DNA from: Psychrobacter sp. DM4
GTDB lineage: Bacteria > Pseudomonadota > Gammaproteobacteria > Pseudomonadales > Moraxellaceae
NCBI RefSeq assembly: GCF_051307035.1
Contig: NZ_CP195537.1
Coordinates: forward strand, 1 to 32,000
DNA: 32,000 nt
Direction: 5' to 3'
Part shown: in pieces, positions 22,773 through 32,000 of the stretch
Layout of the letters: each line of letters begins with the position of its first letter
How positions within the stretch are numbered: the first letter of the stretch is position 1
The notes under the pieces: model-generated
What the model was told of the DNA's origin: nothing
Databases searched by the model: none
What the model saw: only the letters and a program-made list of their open reading frames with translations
Program-made: the position numbers and the translations under genes

Positions 22773-24821
22773 TTATTTCTCCTTTAGTGTCGACATCGTC
22801 GATGCTGAGATTGCCTGCTCAATAGCTACCTCATTGACTCCATCAGTAGCCAGATCACCAGTAACTAGCAACGGAGCTTTAACTTTTTTGATGCGGTATC
22901 GTTTATCAAGCATGCTAATTAATCCACCTAGAGCCATGATAATTGCCCCTAACCAAATCCAGCGAATTAATGGTTTTACATAAATCCTTAATGCCCATTG
23001 GTTACTACCATCGGCAATAGGTTCGCCCAGTGCGACATAAACATCGCGCATTAGGCTAGCATCAATGGCCGCCTCAGTGGTCGGCATAGTGCTAATGATA
23101 TAAGTACGCTTTTCTGGATTCAGTTTCGCCGCTTCACGACCGTTTTTGGATACCACGACTTGCGCCTGCGTTGCATCAAAGTTACTCCCCTTTATTTCAA
23201 AAAATTCAGTTACTTCAAAATCGTAACCTTGAACATTGACTGTATCGCCAATACCCATTGCTACGTCACGCTCAATGCTCAAACTACTAGTAAAGGCTAT
23301 GCCAATGACAGCAACCAATACGCCAATATGAGCAGTCTGTTGACCCCAATAGCTCAGACGCAACTGCCGCAAACCGTTAAAAAGATTAGGCGCATTCTTA
23401 GTTTTATCTTTAAAATCAACTGCCATCCATAGCAGTACCCAAAAGCTAACGGCTAAAGTCACACCAATATTAAGCATAGACGATGGATTAACAAAGTAAG
23501 TAATAATGGCGGCTAATACTAAGCTACTAACGGCGATGACCATGCCTATACCCAGTAGTGGACGGGTGTCTTTTTTCCAGCGAATATTTGAGCCCATACC
23601 CATAGCTATTAATAACAGCCACGTTAAAGGTACAAATAATGCATTAAAATAAGGAGGGCCAACGGACACTTGTCCTAAACCAAAGGCATCAGCGATAATA
23701 GGGTAAAGGGTGCCGAGCAGCACCACTAAGGTTGCAATCAAAATGATGGCGTTGTTGATCACTAAAAAGGACTCACGTGAAATCAGCTGATATTGACTTT
23801 CAACGGTTAAACGCCAACCGCGAACGGCAAACATCAATAGACCACTACCGATGATAATGCCAAGAATAGCTAAGATGACCAAACCACGCGTCGGATCAGC
23901 GGCAAACGAATGCACTGAGGTAAGGACTCCAGAGCGTACCAGGAACGTGCCAAGCAAGCTTAAGGCAAAGGCGAAAATAGCCAGCATGATGGTCCATGCT
24001 TTAAACACCCCGCGCTTTTCAGTGACTGCTAATGAATGCAGCAATGCTAAGCCGACAAGCCAAGGCATAAACGAGGCGTTCTCTACCGGATCCCAAAACC
24101 ACCAACCGCCCCAGCCAAGCTCGTAGTAGGCCCACCACGAGCCCAGTGCAATACCAATGGTCAAAAATCCCCAAGCCGCGAGCGCCCATGGACGTGACCA
24201 GCGTGTCCAAGCAGCATCTAAACGCCCTTCCCACAATGCCGCCATACAAAATGCAAAAGGTACTACCATACCCACATAGCCCATATATAACATGGGCGGG
24301 TGAATAATCAGACCGAAATCTTGTAGGACAGGATTTAAATCAGCGCCATCGACCGCTAGATTGGGTAAGGTACGCTCAAACGGTGACGAGGTAAATATCA
24401 GCATTGTTAGCATCATTAACTGTACACCGGCCAAAATAACTAATACCCGCGCACGCATTGATAACGGCAAGCCGCGACTAAAGTATGATACCAGTGCACA
24501 CCATGTGGCCATGATGGTCATCCATAGCAGCAAAGAGCCCTCGTGTCCGCCCCATGTCGCCGATAACTTATAGTACCAAGGCAACAGCGTATTGGAATGC
24601 TGCGCGACGTAACTGAGGCTAAAATCATTATAATAAAAACCTGCTATCAAAGCACCAAATGACGTTATCATGGCGGCAAACTGTGCCCAAGCTAAGCTAG
24701 GGGCTAGTCGTTGCCAAGCAACTTGGTTACGAATAACACCAATAGTTGGCAGAATTACCTGCAATAACGCCAATACAAAAGCGGTAAGCAAGGCAAAATA
24801 GCCCAATTCTGTAATCAACAT
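22773..24821 (-). CDS. ccmF: Cytochrome c heme lyase subunit CcmF
   Basis: 682-aa polytopic membrane protein with the WGGWWFWDPVENASFMPW tryptophan-rich motif, placed upstream of ccmG/H/I. Confidence 0.9.
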   Translation of the reverse strand: MLITELGYFALLTAFVLALLQVILPTIGVIRNQVAWQRLAPSLAWAQFAAMITSFGALIAGFYYNDFSLSYVAQHSNTLLPWYYKLSATWGGHEGSLLLWMTIMATWCALVSYFSRGLPLSMRARVLVILAGVQLMMLTMLIFTSSPFERTLPNLAVDGADLNPVLQDFGLIIHPPMLYMGYVGMVVPFAFCMAALWEGRLDAAWTRWSRPWALAAWGFLTIGIALGSWWAYYELGWGGWWFWDPVENASFMPWLVGLALLHSLAVTEKRGVFKAWTIMLAIFAFALSLLGTFLVRSGVLTSVHSFAADPTRGLVILAILGIIIGSGLLMFAVRGWRLTVESQYQLISRESFLVINNAIILIATLVVLLGTLYPIIADAFGLGQVSVGPPYFNALFVPLTWLLLIAMGMGSNIRWKKDTRPLLGIGMVIAVSSLVLAAIITYFVNPSSMLNIGVTLAVSFWVLLWMAVDFKDKTKNAPNLFNGLRQLRLSYWGQQTAHIGVLVAVIGIAFTSSLSIERDVAMGIGDTVNVQGYDFEVTEFFEIKGSNFDATQAQVVVSKNGREAAKLNPEKRTYIISTMPTTEAAIDASLMRDVYVALGEPIADGSNQWALRIYVKPLIRWIWLGAIIMALGGLISMLDKRYRIKKVKAPLLVTGDLATDGVNEVAIEQAISASTMSTLKEK

Positions 24822-24942
24822 ACGGTCTAACCTTATTTACTCTAATGCGGTTGCAGTTTACTGTAGCGGTGGAATTTTTATTATTAGAACCCACCCCCGA
24901 AATCTGCTGCTATCTCTAGTTTTTAATTGATTTCGAAGGGTT

Positions 24943-27129
24943 TTATTTAACTACTTTAGGCGCAGTTACCATTGAAGGTGCGCCTTTAAAGCGCAGTAAA
25001 CGTAACGCATTGAGAGTAACGAGCACTGTTGCTCCAGCATCAGCTAGAACCGCAATCCATAGTCCAGTAATGCCGAATACGGTCGTGATCAGAAAGACGC
25101 CTTTGAGACCTAAAGCGAAAATGACGTTCTGATGAATGTTGCGCATGGTGGCACGCGAAAGTGCAATCAGATGGGCCATGTCTGTAACACGACTTTTTAA
25201 TAATGCGATATCGGCCGTCTCAATGGCCACATCGGTACCACCACCCATCGCGATGCCAACATCAGCGGTTGCTAGTGCTGGCGCATCGTTAATACCATCA
25301 CCCACCATCGCTATTTTGCTGTTATTCTTCATCTCGTTAAGCAAGCGCAGTTTGTCCTCAGGCAACAGCTCAGCTTCCCATTCCACGTCTAAATTACTGG
25401 CAAGTGCTTGAGCAGTTAAGCGGTTGTCGCCTGTGAGCATAACAGAGCGCACACCCATCGCTTTGAGCTGAGCCACACCTTCATGAGCGTCGTCTCGTAA
25501 CTCGTCTCGTAGTGCAACCAATCCAAGCACCGCGCGACTTTGCTCATCGAACAGCACTGAAACGGTTTTGCCCTCATTTTGTAGCGCCTCGATTTGTGTC
25601 TGTTGCTCGGCTGAAATTGATGCTTCATCTTCGGCGTAAACAGGCGAACCAATAGCGAACGCACGCCCAGCGACAGTCGCATGCACCGCTTTACCCGCAG
25701 TTGCAGAAGCGTTGGAGGCCACAGGTATAACAACTTTAGCAGCTTCAGCATGACTGACAATGGCTTCAGCAAGCGGATGACTAGAACCTGTCTCTACACT
25801 GGCAAAGAGTGCCAATACCTTATCTTTACCTTGAGAACCCGCATACTGTTGAGTAAAGGCAACAATATTAGTAACGCGTGGCTTACCTTCAGTTAAAGTG
25901 CCGGTTTTATCAAAAGCAACTGTTTTCACTTGGCCGATGATTTCTAAAGCACTACCGCCCTTGATCAGCAAGCCGCGGCGCGCACCGACCGCTAGACCAG
26001 AGGCGATAGCAGCTGGTGTTGAGAGCACAAGAGCACAAGGACAAGCGATCAATAATAAGGCTAGACCTCGATATAACCAAGTTGACCAATCTCCGCCCAT
26101 GGTTAACGGTGGGACGATGATAATTAGGGCGGCAATAGCCATCACAGCCGGTGTATAGTAACGACTGAATTTCTCAATAAAACGGGCAGTGGGTGCTTTG
26201 GAAGCTTGCGCTTGCTCTACCAAATCAATAATGCGCGAAATGGTGTTATCGGCGGCTGTCTTTTCTACGCGCACTTGGAGCACACCATCGATGTTAATTG
26301 ACCCTGCAAATACATTGTCACCCATCGTCTTGGCAACAGGAACAGACTCTCCCGTCACGGGCGAATCATCAAGGCTGGACGCACCTTGAACAATGGAACC
26401 ATCAGCAGATACCCTATCTCCAGGACGCACCAGCACAAGGTCATTCACTTGTAATGAAGTCGCTGGAACGTTACGCTGCCCACCTTGAGCATCAAGTAAA
26501 ATTGCACTTTTCGGAACCAGCGATGATAAGGCTCTGATGCCAGCGCGAGCGCGATCAGCAGCGATACTCTCAAACAGTTCACCGATTGAGAACAAAAAGA
26601 CAACTGCTGCGGCCTCTTCAGCTTCACCAATGATAAGTGCGCCAAGCACGGCGACGGACATCAGCGTTTCAATTGAAAAGAATGAACCTGTTTTAGCCAG
26701 TGCTAAGGCTTTGCGTGCAAATGGAAAAACGCCTACAATCACAGCGATGGCAAACACCCATATCCCATAAGCGGGGAACAGTAGTGACAGTGCATAAGCG
26801 CTGCCCATCAAAATACCGAGACCAACAACCTGTTTGCCTTTTTGAGTTTGCCACCACCGCTTATCCTGCGGAGCCATCTGATTGTCGCTGTCAATATCAA
26901 TAGCCGATACAGTTTGTTGACCAGTATTGGCAGATATACCGAACCCTAGGCTTTTGATGGTTTTTTCGATATCACTAGCCTGAGTCGGCGCATCAGGGGC
27001 TAAATTTAGCTCTAGCGTTTCTGTAGCGAAATTCAGCTGAACATCAGAAACCCCAGGCATACGTTTCAAAGCTGTTTCAATCTTGCCGATGCAACTGGCA
27101 CAGTCCATACCTTCAATATGATATTTCAT
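24943..27129 (-). CDS. cadA: Cd2+/Zn2+/Pb2+-type P1B heavy-metal ATPase
   Basis: Has an N-terminal HMA domain (GMDCASC) and the motifs CPC (ACPCALVLSTP), DKTGTLT, TGES and GDGINDAP. Confidence 0.9.
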   Translation of the reverse strand: MKYHIEGMDCASCIGKIETALKRMPGVSDVQLNFATETLELNLAPDAPTQASDIEKTIKSLGFGISANTGQQTVSAIDIDSDNQMAPQDKRWWQTQKGKQVVGLGILMGSAYALSLLFPAYGIWVFAIAVIVGVFPFARKALALAKTGSFFSIETLMSVAVLGALIIGEAEEAAAVVFLFSIGELFESIAADRARAGIRALSSLVPKSAILLDAQGGQRNVPATSLQVNDLVLVRPGDRVSADGSIVQGASSLDDSPVTGESVPVAKTMGDNVFAGSINIDGVLQVRVEKTAADNTISRIIDLVEQAQASKAPTARFIEKFSRYYTPAVMAIAALIIIVPPLTMGGDWSTWLYRGLALLLIACPCALVLSTPAAIASGLAVGARRGLLIKGGSALEIIGQVKTVAFDKTGTLTEGKPRVTNIVAFTQQYAGSQGKDKVLALFASVETGSSHPLAEAIVSHAEAAKVVIPVASNASATAGKAVHATVAGRAFAIGSPVYAEDEASISAEQQTQIEALQNEGKTVSVLFDEQSRAVLGLVALRDELRDDAHEGVAQLKAMGVRSVMLTGDNRLTAQALASNLDVEWEAELLPEDKLRLLNEMKNNSKIAMVGDGINDAPALATADVGIAMGGGTDVAIETADIALLKSRVTDMAHLIALSRATMRNIHQNVIFALGLKGVFLITTVFGITGLWIAVLADAGATVLVTLNALRLLRFKGAPSMVTAPKVVK

Positions 27130-27154
27130 AATAATTTACCCTTTGAATAATGAT

Positions 27155-27185
27155 ATTATGAACCCTATAGTGGCTTTAGAGTCAA
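27155..27185 (-). promoter_or_regulatory. MerR-type promoter/operator of cadA (19-bp spacer)
   Basis: The minus strand reads TTGACT (27180-27185), then 19 bp, then CATAAT (27155-27160). The spacer carries the dyad ACCCTATAG-TGG-CTTTAGAGT (7/9). It lies 26 nt upstream of the cadA ATG, with AAGGG as SD. Confidence 0.7.
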
Positions 27186-27271
27186 GGTTATTTATCTACA
27201 GTTTCGTAATTTTAATTTCTCTAGCGCTAGTCTTTACAGCCACTTTAATTATTTAAATCATAGAGGTTGTT

Positions 27272-27682
27272 ATGACAATCAAAATTGGTGAGCTCGCTAA
27301 ACGCACAGGTGCCACAGTAGAAACCATTCGCTATTATGAAAAAGAGCGTTTATTACCCGAGCCTTTTCGTAGCGAAGGGAATTATCGTTTATATAATGAA
27401 GAGCACATTGAGCGTCTACAATTTATCCTACATTGCCGTACGCTCGATATGGCTTTAGATGATGTGCGAATCTTACTTGAATACTGGGAGTCGCCTGACA
27501 AGGACTGCGGCGATGTGAATAACTTGCTAGATGAGCACATTCATGCTGTGGAAATACGAATGGAAGAACTGATGCACTTAAAGCATCACTTGACCGTTTT
27601 GCGCCAGAAATGTGCAAGTAGTGCACCAGCGTCATCATGTGGCATTTTAAACGCGCTTGTCGATAACTCCTGTCATGAGTAA
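27272..27682 (+). CDS. cadR: MerR-family metal-responsive regulator (CadR/ZntR-like)
   Basis: IGELAKRTGATVETIRYYEKERLLPEP is the MerR HTH. Cys residues in DKDCGD and the C-terminal CASSAPASSCG provide candidate metal ligands. The gene is divergent from cadA. Confidence 0.85.
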   Translation: MTIKIGELAKRTGATVETIRYYEKERLLPEPFRSEGNYRLYNEEHIERLQFILHCRTLDMALDDVRILLEYWESPDKDCGDVNNLLDEHIHAVEIRMEELMHLKHHLTVLRQKCASSAPASSCGILNALVDNSCHE

Positions 27683-27751
27683 TGATATCAGTAGTGTTCA
27701 TTTCTGACGGATCAAATCATGAAAGGTTAAATACGCCCTGATGTTAAGCAC

Positions 27752-27790
27752 AAAAAAACCCAGCAATGATATTAAGATCACTACTGGGTT
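27752..27790 (-). terminator. Intrinsic terminator downstream of the 27830-28552 gene
   Basis: On the minus strand AACCCAG (27784-27790) pairs with CTGGGTT (27757-27763), with an inner TGAT/ATCA helix, followed by a run of seven T (27752-27758). Confidence 0.6.
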
Positions 27791-27829
27791 GGAGGAAATA
27801 ACAACTATGTTGTGCTGACTTATCAGGTC

Positions 27830-28552
27830 TTATTTATCATTCATAGCAAGGTGGATATTACGATCTGATGCGGATGCGTCATCCACGTATTTTGAATCGC
27901 GCCATGTCGTATAAGCATAGACACCACTGTATGGGCTGATGCTGTTCTGACGGAAATCAGAAATCCAATTTTCGCCATCAAATATTTGGATATGGCCATG
28001 CGGGCGCTTTGATGAGCGATCATAGACAATAACATCACCTACTTGGGTTGGCATATCATTACTGATTTTGCTAAAACCTGCTTTATCAAGCGTGCCACGA
28101 GTGGCGTACTGATAGGCTGAAGGATTGGGTGTAAATTCATAACCAGCTGATTGTAGTGCTTTACGTACGTAACGGGCACAATATCCAGAGCTGCCAGATA
28201 AAGCCACTTTTGAGGCGCGAGCAGCAGCGATAGCGGGGGCTGAATTGCTGTCAGGAACCTTATTGACTTGCTGCTGTTGTTTTTCAGCGTATAAGCGGCT
28301 GTTTAATGATGAAAGCTGATTCTCTTTTTGCTTGGCCTGCGCACTTAGGTTGCTAATTGCTTGACTAATTTCATCATTATTAGAAACATAAGCACCACTT
28401 TTGGTGCTATAGATGTTTTTTGATGAACCGTAGTTTGATGCCACAGAAGTATTGGTGATGGTATTATTTGTTTGAGAGATTGTGATAGCAGCACCACTCG
28501 TTTGTGCTATGCCCATACCCAGTACTGACAAAATCAATAAAGCCTGTTTCAT
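27830..28552 (-). CDS. Secreted CHAP/NlpC-P60-like cysteine amidase/peptidase (putative cell-wall hydrolase)
   Basis: I use the internal ATG at 28550-28552, which gives the signal peptide MKQALLILSVLGMGIAQTSGAA. A Q-rich coiled region follows. The C-terminal domain has Cys in SGYCARYVRKAL and His in RPHGHIQIFDGENWISDF. The family assignment is by eye only. Confidence 0.45.
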   Translation of the reverse strand: MKQALLILSVLGMGIAQTSGAAITISQTNNTITNTSVASNYGSSKNIYSTKSGAYVSNNDEISQAISNLSAQAKQKENQLSSLNSRLYAEKQQQQVNKVPDSNSAPAIAAARASKVALSGSSGYCARYVRKALQSAGYEFTPNPSAYQYATRGTLDKAGFSKISNDMPTQVGDVIVYDRSSKRPHGHIQIFDGENWISDFRQNSISPYSGVYAYTTWRDSKYVDDASASDRNIHLAMNDK

Positions 28553-28925
28553 AAATCTAATACCTACGGTTAATTCAAAATCGTCTGTTATCAACAACAG
28601 CGCAGTCAATTAAATCTCAACAACACAAGTATATATACGTCATAGTGACTGATACTTCTGCTGCATATTATTCATATAAAAAATAATTATTGGCGATCAC
28701 AGCTCATTGAAGTCTTACGAAGCTGTTACAAATCAAGCTGCTGACCAAAACACAAAGCCGACTTTAGCATAGGCTGTTTAGCCTGTCATCACCCTTAAAA
28801 ACCCCAAAAATACTTTTTTGATGTTGAAAAAATTGCTAATATCCCACATTTTACAATGTAAGTTTGTGTAACATGTACAGAATATAGCTGACTAGATTGA
28901 CCACAATTTCTACTGTTTTATAAGC

Positions 28926-28982
28926 AAAAAAACGTCTGAGGGTTAAATCTATAATTTAGATTTAACCCTCAGACGTTTTTTT
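28926..28982. terminator. Perfect bidirectional terminator-like hairpin (orphan position)
   Basis: A7-CGTCTGAGGGTTAAATCT (28926-28950) and AGATTTAACCCTCAGACG-T7 (28958-28982) are perfectly complementary 25-nt arms with a 7-nt loop. Confidence 0.7.
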
Positions 28983-29348
28983 ATTGGATGAAGTAATTAC
29001 CCTATATAGGGTCTAACTAATTATTAAGATAATATAATAATTTATAATATTAATATAGATGCTAATTCCCTACTAGCTTATGTAATATTACGTAATTGTT
29101 TCGATACATCCTGTATATTCTTGTATTAACCCTTAGTTATTTATCTATTTTAAGGGTTAATAACCGATAAATCCGCTTACATTGTCATCAAAAGTTACAA
29201 ATTCAAAGTTATTTTTAATTTTAAAGTCGCAATAGCTAATGAATTTTTTGATGAAGAATCATTTTATAAGCAATAGAACAGTCTTATACTTGCTTCATTC
29301 GCTTTTAACGCTAACACTATAATCAAAGTATTCTTAACTGCTAACACA

Positions 29349-29993
29349 CTATAATTGCTGCTCTACCGATTCAATATCAGCATAAACTTGGGTCGTCCCG
29401 TCTTTATTGAGTTGCATAACCTGATAGGGCATGAATTTATTTTGATACTCCATACCCGGGCTACCAACAGGCATGCCAGGTACGGCAAGACCCATAGCTT
29501 GTACTGGCGGATTTTCTAAAAACTGCGCCATATATTTAGCGGGTACATGACCTTCAAAGACGTAACCATCAGTAGTGACTACAGTATGGCAAGAACGCAT
29601 TTCATTTGGAACGCTGTAGCGCTCTTTAAATACGGCTAAGTCCGCAACATCTTGCGCGGTTGCACTTAGACCATTATCTTCTGCATGACTTATCCATTCT
29701 TTACAGCAGCCGCAATTGGCATCTTTATAGACAGTGGCTGAGACGTTTTTTAGTAGGTCTGGTTTACTTACTGATGTCATCATAGGAGTATTTATAACGT
29801 TTGGTTCAGCTGTCTTCGGAACAGTCACTACATCTTCAGTTGATGCCGATGTTGTGCTTGCATCAGATACGCCACTACTCGGTTGGCTACAAGCAAATAG
29901 TGATGAGGCGGCAAGTAATACTAACGTACTACGCAACCCCTTAGACAGATAACGATTGAATATAAGACTGGATTTTATTTTTAAGGGGGTCAT
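29349..29993 (-). CDS. DUF411-family metal-binding protein (CopG-like), probable lipoprotein
   Basis: Contains DANCGCCKEW, CHTVV, GYVFEGHVP and VPGMPVGSPGME (DUF411 signatures), plus the lipobox LFAC after a hydrophobic leader and a long S/T-rich linker. Confidence 0.8.
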   Translation of the reverse strand: MTPLKIKSSLIFNRYLSKGLRSTLVLLAASSLFACSQPSSGVSDASTTSASTEDVVTVPKTAEPNVINTPMMTSVSKPDLLKNVSATVYKDANCGCCKEWISHAEDNGLSATAQDVADLAVFKERYSVPNEMRSCHTVVTTDGYVFEGHVPAKYMAQFLENPPVQAMGLAVPGMPVGSPGMEYQNKFMPYQVMQLNKDGTTQVYADIESVEQQL

Positions 29994-30232
29994 AGTGCTC
30001 TCTCATGTACTGTAGATATTGTGAGCTATAGAAGGTCAAGTAACACTTCATATCGTTTGGTAATGTAGCATAATAACCCATCAAACGGAGTACGTAAATT
30101 TATCCATTGAGCAGTGCGGACTGGTATCATAAGCAGCTTTCATTTTGAAATGCTGCCTGTAGTATTAACAGGTCTATCCGAGTTTTGGATTTTGACTAAA
30201 AATTCAAAACTCATAATTTTGGATAATTTGCG

Positions 30233-31801
30233 ATGCGCCTGTCTACTATTAATCTACAAAAGCGTTTGAGTACTCACTCAAATCAATTACCGCTATGGTT
30301 TACGCTAGTAGCAGCATGGCTTGCAGGGGCTATTTTTTTATTTGCGCTAGCGCCTCATGGGTTCTGGCCGCTAGCAATAGTGTCACCAGCGATTTTATAT
30401 GCGCTGTTGGTACCAAATATGAGTGGTCGTCGCGCTTTTATTATCGGTGAAGCTTACGGTATGGGGCTATGGTGCGTCGGCGGCTTTTGGCTCTATACTG
30501 CCATCCATGATTATAGCGATACTCCAACGTGGCTCGCATTGATTATGATTGGATTGATGGGTCTCGGTATGGGACTGTTTCATGGATTTTTAGCACTAGT
30601 CTTTAACCGTATGGTAGGCAAACAACCCTTTTCATTTGCTGCTCTTTGGGTGCTACAAGAATGGTTAAAAACTTGGTTATTCACAGGCTTTCCGTGGCTG
30701 TTTGTTGGTTATGCATTTACTGAAGAGTATTGGTTATCGTCCTTAGCACCCGTTGCTGGTGTTTTTGCCGTCTCTTTTGTTGCCATACTATTGGCTGCAA
30801 GTTTAGTAGAGCTACTGCTTCGACGCAGTAGTTATGCCGTCGTTTCTGTACTGTTATTAGCCATTAGCACATCATTATGGCTGGTCAATCCGCAATGGAC
30901 AAAACCTAAGGGCACACCTGATCTGTCAGTGTCATTGATTCAAGGTAATATTTCACAAGATATAAAGTGGCTGACGCAATATCAAGTAGAAACGCTAAAG
31001 ATTTATGCGAAGTTAACGCGCACTGAGTGGGGACGTGATGTGGTGGTGTGGCCTGAATCATCTATTCCGATGTTTCAGGATGAGGCTGCGGGCTTTATTA
31101 GTGAAATGATAGAAATGGCCAATGCGACCAATACGACATGGATAACTGGTATCCCTTATAAGGATAAAGCGGCATTCAATGCCAGTACGGATAAGTATCC
31201 CCCATTTTACAATAGCGTGATTGCTCGAGGTGTAGAAGCGGAAGGCCTATACAAGAAGCAGCGTCTAGTGCCTTTTGGAGAGTATATTCCATTTGAAGGC
31301 GTGCTCGATATTTTCCCAAGTTTGGCCGGTAGTCAGGATATTAAGAGCTATAGTCGTGGTAGTGATCAGCAGTCACCGCTAAAGGTGCGTGAACACAATA
31401 TAGGGACGGCTATCTGTTATGAGGTAGCTTATCCAGATACCACGCGTAAAAATGCCATCGATACTGACTTTTTGTTGACCGTCTCTAACGATGCCTGGTT
31501 TGGCACTTCAGCAGGACCATTGCAACATTTGCAAATGGTACAAATGCGCGCGCTTGAGAACGGGCGCTGGTTTATTCGAGCGACCAATACTGGTGTTACC
31601 GCTATCATTAACCATAAAGGTCGTATTGTAAAACGCGCACCGCAGTTTGAGCGTACTGTACTACGTGGTGAGATACAGGCACGGGTTGGTAACACGCCCT
31701 TTATGCTTATGGGAAATTATCCTATCTTGATAATAATAACCCTGTTATTACTAATAAGCTATTTTGGCAAAGGTCTAACCACACTTAGAAGACGAGGGTA
31801 A
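30233..31801 (+). CDS. lnt: Apolipoprotein N-acyltransferase
   Basis: Has multiple N-terminal TM helices and a C-terminal nitrilase-fold domain with VVWPESSIP, LYKKQRLVPFGEYIP, ICYE and VSNDAWFG. Confidence 0.9.
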   Translation: MRLSTINLQKRLSTHSNQLPLWFTLVAAWLAGAIFLFALAPHGFWPLAIVSPAILYALLVPNMSGRRAFIIGEAYGMGLWCVGGFWLYTAIHDYSDTPTWLALIMIGLMGLGMGLFHGFLALVFNRMVGKQPFSFAALWVLQEWLKTWLFTGFPWLFVGYAFTEEYWLSSLAPVAGVFAVSFVAILLAASLVELLLRRSSYAVVSVLLLAISTSLWLVNPQWTKPKGTPDLSVSLIQGNISQDIKWLTQYQVETLKIYAKLTRTEWGRDVVVWPESSIPMFQDEAAGFISEMIEMANATNTTWITGIPYKDKAAFNASTDKYPPFYNSVIARGVEAEGLYKKQRLVPFGEYIPFEGVLDIFPSLAGSQDIKSYSRGSDQQSPLKVREHNIGTAICYEVAYPDTTRKNAIDTDFLLTVSNDAWFGTSAGPLQHLQMVQMRALENGRWFIRATNTGVTAIINHKGRIVKRAPQFERTVLRGEIQARVGNTPFMLMGNYPILIIITLLLLISYFGKGLTTLRRRG

Positions 31802-32000
31802 TAGTAAACTTAATCATAATAATTTAATCAGCGTAAGTTTTTTATTTTTTCTAGGTAACGTCCTAACGCACGTAAATATAAAAGTTTTAAACTATTGATC
31901 ACATAAGAACTGATTGAAAAAATTATGTTGACATAAGGCACGCGCCTCATACTTAAAAAGAGATAGCTATATACGGTCTATCATCTTTTAGTTGATACTT

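Noticed and set aside
20387-24573. Plus-strand ORFs inside the ccm genes (20387-20638, 21532-21771, 22116-22298, 22522-22983, 23160-23432, 23851-24126, 24361-24573) and the out-of-frame minus-strand ORF 24019-24249
   Set aside because: They are shadow frames of well-supported membrane-protein genes.
20248-24821. Interpreting the cluster as nrfEFG (nitrite-reductase-specific heme lyase) rather than ccmFGHI
   Set aside because: The presence of a CcmG/DsbE thioredoxin, a CcmH with a CxxC motif and a long CcmI fits the general System I set, and no nrfA-D genes are nearby. I cannot exclude it without phylogeny, so I kept the ccm names.
25136-26903. Numerous ORFs antisense to or out of frame within cadA (25136-25411, 25416-25772, 25681-25896, 25898-26158, 26189-26389, 26298-26537, 26445-26645, 26537-26770, 26700-26903)
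   Set aside because: cadA is the GC-richest gene here, which suppresses stops in alternative frames. The P-type ATPase motifs fix the true frame.
27423-28038. ORFs 27423-27701 (-) and 27841-28038 (-)
   Set aside because: The first is antisense to cadR. The second is an alternative frame within the CHAP-like gene.
28553-28609. Using the long start (28609) for the CHAP-like protein
   Set aside because: The extra 19 aa (MTALLLITDDFELTVGIRF) precede a textbook signal peptide that begins at the internal Met, so the shorter form is more plausible.
29734-31695. ORFs 29734-29952 (+) and 31429-31695 (-)
   Set aside because: They are antisense to the DUF411 and lnt genes respectively.

Overview
This 32-kb window comes from an AT-rich Gram-negative genome. 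Gene content and style look gammaproteobacterial and Moraxellaceae-like, but that is inference only. I recognised no rRNA, tRNA or CRISPR array. The window has two parts.

(A) Positions 1 to ~18.4 kb are accessory and plasmid-like.
- A type Ib partition module (parA plus a small ParG-like ribbon-helix-helix gene) sits behind an 8-bp-periodic ACTT/ACTC box array.
- A three-gene plus-strand operon encodes a UvrD-type helicase fused to a 4-Cys Cas4/AddB-like nuclease, a type III-like DNA methyltransferase and a type III Res helicase-nuclease.
- A markedly AT-rich seven-gene minus-strand operon ends in a HAD phosphatase, a degenerate ComF-like phosphoribosyltransferase (PRTase) and an accessory DprA/Smf-like protein. 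I do not recognise this set as any named system, and it is my best candidate for an undescribed nucleotide- or ssDNA-centred conflict module.
- The rest is an intact serine resolvase, a class II Fic protein, a perfect 24-copy 8-bp array of inverted ACTC boxes, and a decayed second resolvase.

(B) Positions ~18.8-32 kb look like core or metal-homeostasis genes.
- These are a DUF3817 membrane protein, lspA with an N-terminal extension, ccmF-G-H-I, a divergent cadA/cadR pair with a textbook 19-bp-spacer MerR promoter, a secreted CHAP/NlpC-P60-like protein, a DUF411 metal-binding lipoprotein and lnt.
- A 19-bp tandem duplication rewrites the 3' end of ccmG and breaks an ATGA coupling to ccmH.

All calls rest on motifs read by eye from the supplied translations and sequence. 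No searches or computations were run.
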